A stretch of DNA of 48,485 nucleotides. It comes from a virus. The translations under genes were made by a program, and so were the position numbers. Positions 7,730-15,480 of this stretch are shown here, piece by piece. Numbering within the stretch: position 1 is the stretch's first letter; every line of letters starts with the position of its first letter. The DNA is taken from the IMG/VR virus record IMGVR_UViG_3300028048_000011, positions 1 through 48,485 of that record; one strand, given 5' to 3'. The notes under the pieces are model-generated. The model did not search any database. It saw only the letters and a program-made list of their open reading frames with translations, and was not told where the DNA came from.

Positions 7730-9232
7730 ATGAGAAAAGAAAACATAATCATCGATTGCTTCGCAGGAGGCGGAGGGGCATCGGTAGGAATTGAGATGGC
7801 TCTCGGCAGACAGGTGGACATAGCAATCAATCATGATCCGCAGGCGATCCTGATGCATAAGACGAACCATCGGAAGACCCTGCATCTGACAGAAGACATC
7901 TTCAAGGTAGACCTGAAGAAATATGTCAAAGGAAACCATGTGGCGCTTATGTGGGCAAGCCCAGACTGCACAAGCCACAGCAAAGCAAAAGGAGGGCAAC
8001 CGAGAAACTCCGGCCTGCGCATCCTTCCCTGGGCGGTTTACAAACACACGAAGACCATCCTCCCGGATGTGGTGATCATGGAGAACGTGGAGGAGATACA
8101 ACAGTGGGGTCCGCTCGATGAATCGGGAAGACCGATCAAGGAGCGGATGGGAGAAGACTACGACAAGTTCATAGCGGCGATGACGAGCCTTGGATACGAC
8201 TTCGATAGCAGGGAACTGGTCGCTGCAGACTACGGCGCACCGACAACCAGAAAAAGATGGTATGCGATCTTCAGGAGAGACGGCCGGAGGATCAGATGGC
8301 CGGAGCCGACACACAGCAAGAACGGTACTGACGGAACGAAGAAGTGGGTAGAATGCGGAGATTATATAGACTGGAGCGACATCGGAAACTCCATCTTCAC
8401 GAGGAAGAGGCCGCTCGCAGAAGCCACCAAGAAAAGGATCGCAAACGGGATCCGAAAGTACATCATCGAGAATCCGGCACCTTACATCGTGAAGGATGGA
8501 GAAAAGATCCTCATGGCATACATGGACAAGGCATACGGAGGCAACTACAAAGGATGCGGAAGTGACCTACGCAACCCATGCAGCACGATCACGACAGTGG
8601 ATCACAACAGACTGGTGACAGCCTTCCTCATTCAGTACCACGGAGAGCAAAAAGAAGGCGATAGCAGAGGCCAGTGCATAACAGAGCCGCTGAAGACCAT
8701 AGACACGAGCAACAGATACGGACTGGTCACAGCATTTATAACAAAGTTCTACAAGACAGGCGTAGGCCAGGGATGCGATGAACCGCTCCACACGATAACT
8801 ACATCGCCCGGACACTTCGGACTGATCAGCGCATTTCTGATCAAATACTACGGAACAGGAGGCGGACAGCAGCTGAACGAACCTCTGGCAACCATAACCA
8901 CGAAGGATCGCTTCGGACTGGTGAATGTCCTGATCAGCATCGAAGGAGAGCAATACATCATAGCCGACATCTTCCTCCGAATGCTGAAACCAGAAGAACT
9001 GAAGGTGATGCAAGGGTTCCCGAAGGACTACATCATCGACAGAGACTACCGATGGAAACGGTACCCGGTCGGAGAGCAGGTCAAGAGAATAGGAAACTCC
9101 GTGGTACCGATCATGGCTCAAAAATTGGTATCCGAGAACTGCGGATATCTGAAAGAGGGAGAGCGATGCCCGAACCCGATCATGTTCACACAGCCAAACG
9201 GACAGATCGCCTTCGAATACGCACAGGCATAG
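7730..9232 (+). CDS. DNA (cytosine-5) methyltransferase with a repeated variable region
   Basis: Motif I is DCFAGGGGASVG. Motif IV, with the catalytic Cys, is ASPDCTSHSKAKGG. Motif VI is IMENVEE. It also has QGFP and RIGNSVVP. Confidence 0.9.
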   Translation: MRKENIIIDCFAGGGGASVGIEMALGRQVDIAINHDPQAILMHKTNHRKTLHLTEDIFKVDLKKYVKGNHVALMWASPDCTSHSKAKGGQPRNSGLRILPWAVYKHTKTILPDVVIMENVEEIQQWGPLDESGRPIKERMGEDYDKFIAAMTSLGYDFDSRELVAADYGAPTTRKRWYAIFRRDGRRIRWPEPTHSKNGTDGTKKWVECGDYIDWSDIGNSIFTRKRPLAEATKKRIANGIRKYIIENPAPYIVKDGEKILMAYMDKAYGGNYKGCGSDLRNPCSTITTVDHNRLVTAFLIQYHGEQKEGDSRGQCITEPLKTIDTSNRYGLVTAFITKFYKTGVGQGCDEPLHTITTSPGHFGLISAFLIKYYGTGGGQQLNEPLATITTKDRFGLVNVLISIEGEQYIIADIFLRMLKPEELKVMQGFPKDYIIDRDYRWKRYPVGEQVKRIGNSVVPIMAQKLVSENCGYLKEGERCPNPIMFTQPNGQIAFEYAQA

Positions 9233-9302
9233 GTGCCAAGCGGTAAAACCGCATGACATAGAAACTATCAATCACAACCCAAAGAACAGGAAGGAGGACT
9301 AA

Positions 9303-10022
9303 ATGTTCGAGAAGTTATTCAAGAAGTACAAACGAATCATCTTCTTCGACACCGAGACCACAGGCTTCGAGCCGGAGAAGGTAGACCAGATCATTGAACT
9401 GGCAGCGGTCAGTATCGATGCAGACGGTACCATGCAGGAGATGGATGAATTCATTCACCTGTTCAGGATGCCGGAACTCCCGAAGAAGATCATTGAACTC
9501 ACCGGAATCCTCGATCTGACACTCGCAAGCAACGGCATCGATGAATACGATGCGCTGAAGAAGTTCGTGGATCTGATGCAGAGCGGCGGAGAGACGCTTC
9601 TGGTGGCGCACAATGCTCAGTTCGATCTTCAGTTCCTGGCATATTCGATCTACCGGAACAGAGAGCAGGGCAAGGGATGGATGCTCGTCCTGAATGACTG
9701 CGACTACCTCGACACGCTGACGGTATATAAGGACCGCAGGAAGTATCCTCACAAACTGGAATCAGCGATAGTCGAGTACCATCTGACTGGAAAGGTCCAG
9801 AACAGCCACAGAGCTATCGATGACTGCAAGGCACTGATGGAAGTAGCAAAGGCAATGGATGAGGAAAGAGATGATCTTGACAGATATGTAAACCTCTTCG
9901 GCTTCAATCCGAAGTACGGACCCGAAAAGAATCAGCTGAAGAAGGTCACATATGTACCTCAGGACTTGTGGAACTGCCCTCCGGCAAAACCCACATATGA
10001 AACGATATCAGGGAGGAATTAA
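9303..10022 (+). CDS. DEDDh 3'-5' exonuclease (DnaQ/epsilon-like)
   Basis: ExoI is IIFFDTETTGF, ExoII is LVAHNAQFDLQFL, and ExoIII is SHRAIDDCKAL. Confidence 0.85.
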   Translation: MFEKLFKKYKRIIFFDTETTGFEPEKVDQIIELAAVSIDADGTMQEMDEFIHLFRMPELPKKIIELTGILDLTLASNGIDEYDALKKFVDLMQSGGETLLVAHNAQFDLQFLAYSIYRNREQGKGWMLVLNDCDYLDTLTVYKDRRKYPHKLESAIVEYHLTGKVQNSHRAIDDCKALMEVAKAMDEERDDLDRYVNLFGFNPKYGPEKNQLKKVTYVPQDLWNCPPAKPTYETISGRN

Positions 10023-10024
10023 AG

Positions 10025-10483
10025 ATGGAAGATACAAAGAGAATCGTAGAGATTGACGGAGTCAAGGTGGAAGTAGATCTTCGCCAGGCGAAAAGGGTAG
10101 ATACATTCAAGGTCGGAGATAACATCAAGATCCTCGACAAGGAATATTCAGACTACAAAGTAAAGCCGGGAATCATCGTGGACTTCGCAGAGTTTCAGGA
10201 GCTGCCGACTATCGTGATCGCAATCTTCGATGAAGGATCCTGGAGCAGTGCGCCGAGTATTAAGTTCGTTTATTACAACGAAAAGACTGCAGACAAGATC
10301 GAGATGGTTCCGGCATCAGAAGATGAATTGAAACTGTCAAAGGACGGAGTGATCGAGAAGTTCGAGAGGGAGATCCAGAAGAGAAAGAATGAATACACCG
10401 ACCTGCAGAATCAGCTCGAATACTTCAAAAAGCATTTTTTGAAGGAGTGCAAGGAGGGAGAAAAGGATGGCAGCGAAGAATAA
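10025..10483 (+). CDS. Hypothetical protein (152 aa)
   Basis: The RBS is GGGAGGA. I recognise no motif. Confidence 0.65.
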   Translation: MEDTKRIVEIDGVKVEVDLRQAKRVDTFKVGDNIKILDKEYSDYKVKPGIIVDFAEFQELPTIVIAIFDEGSWSSAPSIKFVYYNEKTADKIEMVPASEDELKLSKDGVIEKFEREIQKRKNEYTDLQNQLEYFKKHFLKECKEGEKDGSEE

Positions 10484-11837
10484 AGGCTTTGGTCTTCTCT
10501 TCGAGATGGGATGCGGTAAAACGCTCACAGCGATAGCCATCATGGGAGCATTGTACCAGGAGGGAAAGATAGACAGAGTCCTGATCGTAGCACCGACATC
10601 GGTAGTGGCGGTCTGGCCGCACGAACTGGCAGACTTTGCGGAATATCCCTTCACAGTGGAAACGCTCCTGGGAGATAAGAACAAAAGGCTGCGGAGCATC
10701 AACGATCTGACGAAGTATCCGTACCCGAAGCTGAAAGTGGCAGTGATCAACTACGAATCAGTGTGGAGGGAAGATATCAAGAAGGCAATCAAGACCTATG
10801 ATCCGGATCTGATCATCTGCGATGAGAGCCAGAGGATCAAGACTCACAACTCAAAGCAGTCGCAGGCGATGCACGAACTGGGAGATCAGGCAAGATACAA
10901 GATGATCCTCTCAGGAACTCCGGTTCAGAACAATGTGACGGACATCTGGAGTCAGTACCGGTTCCTCGACAAAACAGTCTTCGGAGAACTCTACTACGCT
11001 TTTCAGAATCACTTCTGCGTGATGCATTCAGTGTTCAAGAGCAAGGTCATGAGAACAATCAACGAAGACGAACTGGTTCAGAAGGAGCATTCGATAGCCT
11101 TCAGGGTAACCAAGGAAGAGGCGCTCGATCTTCCGGAGCAGACATTCGAGACCAGATACATCGAAATGACTCCGAAGGAAAGAAGAACCTACGATGCACT
11201 GAAGAGGGAATCGGTAGCAGATATCGAGGGCGGAGGAACGATAACCGCAACAACGGTCCTCACGAAGCTCCTGAGACTGCAGCAGTTCACCGGCGGCTTC
11301 TTGGTAAAGGATGGAGCATCGGAACCGGAACAGGTTTCCACGGCAAAACTGGACGCACTGAAGGACATCATCGAAGACTATGTGATCGATGGCGGAAAGA
11401 AACTGGTAGTGTTCGCAAGGTTCATCCCTGAGGTCAATGCGATCATCGATATGGCTGAGAAGACTCTGAAGCCTGATAAGACCGGGAAGAAGGTAGTCAG
11501 TATTCAGGGATCTGTCAAGAAGGAAGAGCGAGGGAACATCATCGAGCAGTTCCAGAAGGATCCTGACACGGTACTGATAGTCGGTCAGATCGACACCCTC
11601 GGAGTAGGAGTCACACTCACAGCCGCAGATACCTGCGTCTACTACTCGAAGACATACAACTACGCAACCTATGAGCAGAGCCTCTCCCGAATCCACAGAA
11701 TCAGTCAGAGGAATGTCTGCACCTACATCGATCTGGTATGCGCCGACAGTGTAGACGAGAAGATCAGCACGGCTCTGAAGAAGAAGGAAGACCTTGCGAC
11801 AAAGATCGTGGATAACTGGAAGGAGATATTCAAGTAA
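10467..11837 (+). CDS. SNF2-family helicase, lacking the region N-terminal to Walker A (split-gene C-fragment)
   Basis: Walker A (FEMGCGKTLTAI) begins at residue 12. It has DESQRIK (DExx), SGTP and the helicase-C motifs (QGS...LIVGQIDTLGVGVTLT, SLSRIHRISQ). An in-frame TGA lies at 10440, just upstream of the ATG. Confidence 0.85.
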   Translation: MAAKNKGFGLLFEMGCGKTLTAIAIMGALYQEGKIDRVLIVAPTSVVAVWPHELADFAEYPFTVETLLGDKNKRLRSINDLTKYPYPKLKVAVINYESVWREDIKKAIKTYDPDLIICDESQRIKTHNSKQSQAMHELGDQARYKMILSGTPVQNNVTDIWSQYRFLDKTVFGELYYAFQNHFCVMHSVFKSKVMRTINEDELVQKEHSIAFRVTKEEALDLPEQTFETRYIEMTPKERRTYDALKRESVADIEGGGTITATTVLTKLLRLQQFTGGFLVKDGASEPEQVSTAKLDALKDIIEDYVIDGGKKLVVFARFIPEVNAIIDMAEKTLKPDKTGKKVVSIQGSVKKEERGNIIEQFQKDPDTVLIVGQIDTLGVGVTLTAADTCVYYSKTYNYATYEQSLSRIHRISQRNVCTYIDLVCADSVDEKISTALKKKEDLATKIVDNWKEIFK

Positions 11838-12049
11838 TGGACGAGATGAAGAGAATCGTGATCTGCAAATACTGCGGCCGTCCGGAATACTACGGAAATA
11901 TGATGTGGCTTTCAGGGAAGTGTTTATGCCGGAACTGCTACAGAGTGGAATGGGAACATGAAAACAAGAAACCGTACACATGGGATGATCTCAAAGGAAA
12001 GAGACCGACCATGGAGGAATACAAGAAGCAGGAGGGCATCAATGAATAA
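11837..12049 (+). CDS. Small zinc-finger protein
   Basis: This 70-aa protein contains CKYCGRPEYYGNMMWLSGKCLCRNC. Its start overlaps the upstream stop (TAATG). Confidence 0.65.
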   Translation: MDEMKRIVICKYCGRPEYYGNMMWLSGKCLCRNCYRVEWEHENKKPYTWDDLKGKRPTMEEYKKQEGINE

Positions 12050-12218
12050 AACTTGTAAAGGCTGCTATGCGGCAGACACAGGCGGTCACCCGATGAGCGG
12101 AGAGCCTCACGGATGCACGCTCGGATACAAGACGGACGGCGAAGGACATCCGCAGGAAGAATGTCCGAAGCCAAAGTCATGGAAACAGTACAAAAAAGAA
12201 CAGCCAAAGGAGGATTAA
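12042..12218 (+). CDS. Small Cys/His-rich protein (58 aa)
   Basis: The sequence begins MNKTCKGCYAADTGGHPMSGEPHGC... The ATG overlaps the upstream stop (ATGAATAA). I chose an internal start within track ORF 11958..12218. Confidence 0.45.
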   Translation: MNKTCKGCYAADTGGHPMSGEPHGCTLGYKTDGEGHPQEECPKPKSWKQYKKEQPKED

Positions 12219-12221
12219 GAC

Positions 12222-12398
12222 ATGGCATCAGCACAGAAACACAAGGAGAGAAGCAGAAGGAGCCACTCACAGAACAGCGGATACTCTTCATTTTTGAGAG
12301 GATCCATGCAGAAGCAGAGAACGAAGGCAGTCCAGAGGAACAACCGTAGATTATTCGGCGGTAAGTTATTCGGAAGAGCCAAGAGCAAAGCAGATTAA
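12222..12398 (+). CDS. Small basic protein (58 aa)
   Basis: It has a strong RBS (AAAGGAGG) 8 nt upstream. The sequence begins MASAQKHKERSRRSHSQ... It is below the ORF-track length cut-off. Confidence 0.4.
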   Translation: MASAQKHKERSRRSHSQNSGYSSFLRGSMQKQRTKAVQRNNRRLFGGKLFGRAKSKAD

Positions 12399-12413
12399 GG
12401 AGGTAAGAAGAGC

Positions 12414-12893
12414 ATGGCAGAAGGAAGAATCAAGGAACTCATCGACAAGTACGAGGCACTCCGAACGGAGAAGGACGAACTCGCAGAAAAGACAAAACTG
12501 AACGGAGAGGCATTCAAGCAGGTCCAGATTGACCTCGCTGAAGCGATCAGCGATGCGGATATGTCAGATGCTCAGGACGGAGAGTATGTCTACACACCGG
12601 GAGTGACAACGAAGTACAGTTTCAAGAGCATGGCGGATCTCGAAGAAGCCGGACTGGATAAGTTCGAGCCGTTCGAGAATGATGCAGCTCTCTGCGGACT
12701 GGTCAAGAAGGACATCAACTGGAGAAGCCTCAACTCGGCTCTTTCGGAACTCGCAGACACCGAAGAGGGAGTGCCGGAGGAAGTCATGGCGGTACTGAAC
12801 ACCTATGACGAGATCGGCATCACCAGGAGAAAAAAGGATACAAAGACAAAGTCCAAGGTTAAGGACGCAATCAAGGCAAGGAGGGAAAACTAA
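12414..12893 (+). CDS. Hypothetical protein of the recombination module (N-terminal coiled coil)
   Basis: The RBS is AAGGAGG. It sits immediately upstream of the AAA_24 ATPase and SSB genes. Confidence 0.7.
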   Translation: MAEGRIKELIDKYEALRTEKDELAEKTKLNGEAFKQVQIDLAEAISDADMSDAQDGEYVYTPGVTTKYSFKSMADLEEAGLDKFEPFENDAALCGLVKKDINWRSLNSALSELADTEEGVPEEVMAVLNTYDEIGITRRKKDTKTKSKVKDAIKARREN

Positions 12894-13366
12894 TGTGGAA
12901 TGAGATGGATGAAAACGGACAGTACAGAATCGACTGCAGACTTTCAGGGGAAAGAACCATGGAAGAGAATGTCAATGTCATGATCGAGTTCGCAACCGAT
13001 ATCCGCAAGGAGCAGGTCGGAGATGCGAAGGTCAGAAACAAGCATGAGGGATATGGTTTCCTCGCAGATGCTCACCAGAATGTGATCAAGGCTATGAAGA
13101 GCCTGAAGGATGGCATGGGAGATCTTCTCGACTGCCTTCCTATGACAGACTCGGTGGCTATCGACAAGACGGAATCAGTCGCAAATGCTCTGGCAGATGT
13201 GATCCTTCACGCTACCAAGATGGCGGCAGAGGCAAAGAGAGTATCAAATGACCTTTACAAGGAGAACTGGAACCCGACTCCGATCGAGCAGGCGCTCGCA
13301 GGTGATGAAGGCTTCGAGGATCCGGAAGAGACGGAAAAGGAGGAAGAGGAAGATGGCGAAGATTAA
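12893..13366 (+). CDS. Hypothetical acidic protein
   Basis: Its start overlaps the upstream stop (TAATG). The C-terminus is EETEKEEEEDGED. Confidence 0.65.
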   Translation: MWNEMDENGQYRIDCRLSGERTMEENVNVMIEFATDIRKEQVGDAKVRNKHEGYGFLADAHQNVIKAMKSLKDGMGDLLDCLPMTDSVAIDKTESVANALADVILHATKMAAEAKRVSNDLYKENWNPTPIEQALAGDEGFEDPEETEKEEEEDGED

Positions 13367-14300
13367 CCTGACTATTCAGCACGCAAAGAGAGAGCAGATC
13401 TATGTGAAAGCTCTCATCGGCGGACCCTCTGGGAGCGGAAAATCATACTCCGCTCTCCGGATGGCTACCGGAATCGCAGGCCGTGAAGGCGAAGGAACGA
13501 AGATCGGATACATCGGAACCGAGGGAATGCGTGACAAGCTCTATGCGAATGAGTTCGAGTATGATCTGATCAGCCTGGAGGAATACAGTCCTGACTACTA
13601 TGAGGCGGCAATCGATGCCTTCCTCGAAGCAGGATACAAGGTGATCATCATCGACTCCATGACGCATCTCTGGAACTGGGTTCAGGATCAGGTGCAGGCG
13701 ATCACGGCAACAGCAAAGGGCGACAACAGTTTTCAGGCGTGGGGCAAGTTCAAGAAGTCGAACAAAAAGATCATCGAGAAGATCCTTCTCGCTCCTGCTC
13801 ACATCATCGTGACCGGCCGTGGCAAGGATGAGTATGTGATGGAGACCAACTCAAAAGGCAAGCTCGCTCCGAAGAAGGTCGGTGTCGGTGTGCAGCAGGA
13901 CAAGGACATCGAGTATGAATACATGGTGACCTGGATGATTGATCAGGAGACGCATCTGGCAGAGGCGGCAAAGGATAACACCCACATTTTCGAGGGCAAG
14001 ATGAAGGTTCTCGATGAGAAGGATGGCGAAGCTCTCTATGACTGGGCGAACGATGGCGATCCGGTCAAGTCTCCTGCAGAGAGAGCGGAAGAGATCAAGA
14101 AGGTTCAGGATCAGATCACGGCCAAGGCGAACGAACTCGGCGGATCCAAGAACAAGGAAATGATGGAGTGGTACAAGAAGACATTCAGGGGCAATCATAC
14201 GAACCTGAAGGATCTCGACAGGCTGACTCAGGCACTCGCAGAGATGGCGCAGTTCACTCCGGTAGCGGCAGAAAAGAAGGAGGAAAAGAAGGATGAATAA
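13353..14300 (+). CDS. AAA_24/RecA-like ATPase (Sak4-like recombination protein)
   Basis: Walker A is GGPSGSGKS and Walker B is VIIIDSMTHLW. I moved the start to ATG 13353, because the upstream 35 aa of the track ORF are an R/K-rich off-frame read of the previous gene. Confidence 0.8.
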   Translation: MAKINLTIQHAKREQIYVKALIGGPSGSGKSYSALRMATGIAGREGEGTKIGYIGTEGMRDKLYANEFEYDLISLEEYSPDYYEAAIDAFLEAGYKVIIIDSMTHLWNWVQDQVQAITATAKGDNSFQAWGKFKKSNKKIIEKILLAPAHIIVTGRGKDEYVMETNSKGKLAPKKVGVGVQQDKDIEYEYMVTWMIDQETHLAEAAKDNTHIFEGKMKVLDEKDGEALYDWANDGDPVKSPAERAEEIKKVQDQITAKANELGGSKNKEMMEWYKKTFRGNHTNLKDLDRLTQALAEMAQFTPVAAEKKEEKKDE

Positions 14301-14727
14301 GGTCATTCTCGTAGGGAGACTCACAAGGGATCCCGAAATCAGAAGCACAACAAACAGCACCATGGCATCATTTTCCGTGGCGGTAGACAGAAGGTTCAAG
14401 CAGGACGGACAGCCGGATGCGGACTTCCCTCGTGTAATCGCCTGGGGCAAGACGGCGGAATTCATCGAGAAATACTTCCATAAGGGAATGAAGATCGCCA
14501 TCGAGGGCAGGATCCAGACCGGATCCTATCAGAATCAGAGCGGACAGACCATCTACACCACCGATGTGATCGCAGAGGCAGTGGAGTTCGTAGAGAGCAA
14601 GAACGCATCTCAGAACAATGGCGGCGGCGGATCCACACAGAACGCTCCGCAGACAGCTCCGCAGACTGCAGATGACGGATGGATGAACATCCCGGACGGA
14701 GTAGACGAAGAACTTCCCTTCAATTAA
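14293..14727 (+). CDS. ssb: Single-stranded DNA-binding protein
   Basis: It has an OB fold (MNKVILVGRLTRDPEIR...), a Gly/Gln-rich linker, and the acidic tip DEELPF. Confidence 0.95.
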   Translation: MNKVILVGRLTRDPEIRSTTNSTMASFSVAVDRRFKQDGQPDADFPRVIAWGKTAEFIEKYFHKGMKIAIEGRIQTGSYQNQSGQTIYTTDVIAEAVEFVESKNASQNNGGGGSTQNAPQTAPQTADDGWMNIPDGVDEELPFN

Positions 14728-14735
14728 CAGTATCG

Positions 14736-14761
14736 CCCTCTCCGGGCAATACCGGGGAGGG
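14736..14761 (+). terminator. 10-bp GC-rich hairpin after ssb, with no U-tract
   Basis: The stem is CCCTCTCCGG-gcaata-CCGGGGAGGG. It is a possible attenuator or RNA-processing site rather than a classical terminator. Confidence 0.3.
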
Positions 14762-14793
14762 TAACTCCATAAAGAAAAGGAGGCGCAACCCAG

Positions 14794-15480
14794 ATGGATA
14801 GAAGACTGACACGAGATATGTTCCCAGGCGGAACCGATGATAAGATCCTGCATCGTGGAGATCGGTGCGACAGACAGATCATTCAGGATGTCCTGGGCAT
14901 TTATGAAGATATAGAAGAAGAAAAAAATATCCTGCAGAACAAAGATGCATATTCGGCGCATTATATCGGATCAACCAGATTGTATCAGACCTTCAGCAGA
15001 TTTGACGGAGCAGAGGCGTACCACTACGCAGGCCTGTGTGAATGGGAAAGTGACAGAAACCTGCATCCTGATGCATCGAAGAAGGTGTTCATCATCAGCC
15101 AGTACCACGATGAGGATCCTGCAAGGGTGGAGATCCACAGACGGTTTGCAGGGGCGATCGCCTACAACTGCGTGACCAAGTATGGAGACATTCCGGTAGC
15201 GCCGCATCTCTACTTCACTCAGTTCATGAACGATGAAGGATGGGAGCGAGACTTCGGGATCGAAGCCGGACACCTGCTCATGAGAATGTGCGATAGCGTG
15301 ATCCTCGCTACCATTGACGGCAAGATATCAGAGGGAATGGCGGCAGATATCGAATATGCAACAGTTCAGCTCGCATTATCGCCAAGGCGGAAGAACTTCA
15401 CAGAAGCCGAGGCTATTGAATATATAACAGAAACGGAGAATGAAAGGTATGAGGAATGGATCAGAGCCAAACATAGATGA
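14794..15480 (+). CDS. DUF4406 / nucleoside 2-deoxyribosyltransferase-like protein with a ~95-aa N-terminal extension
   Basis: The sequence KKVFIISQY...IPVAPHLYFTQF...LMRMCDSVILATIDGKISEGMAADIEYA matches the pattern of that superfamily as I remember it. Confidence 0.55.
   Translation: MDRRLTRDMFPGGTDDKILHRGDRCDRQIIQDVLGIYEDIEEEKNILQNKDAYSAHYIGSTRLYQTFSRFDGAEAYHYAGLCEWESDRNLHPDASKKVFIISQYHDEDPARVEIHRRFAGAIAYNCVTKYGDIPVAPHLYFTQFMNDEGWERDFGIEAGHLLMRMCDSVILATIDGKISEGMAADIEYATVQLALSPRRKNFTEAEAIEYITETENERYEEWIRAKHR

Noticed and set aside
7643-9271. Minus-strand ORFs of 223 aa (7643..8314) and 234 aa (8567..9271).
   Set aside because: Both are antisense to the C5-methyltransferase gene, whose motifs are unambiguous. 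Apart from the lysogeny module, all genes run on the plus strand.
11028-11981. A 317-aa minus-strand ORF.
   Set aside because: It is fully antisense to the SNF2 helicase gene, which has unambiguous helicase motifs. It has no recognisable motifs and its composition is poor.
12113-12349. A 78-aa plus-strand ORF spanning the two small genes at 12042 and 12222.
   Set aside because: It has no RBS and its frame cuts across two better-supported small ORFs, each with a start-codon context (ATGA overlap or AAAGGAGG). Confidence in this whole small-ORF region is nevertheless modest.
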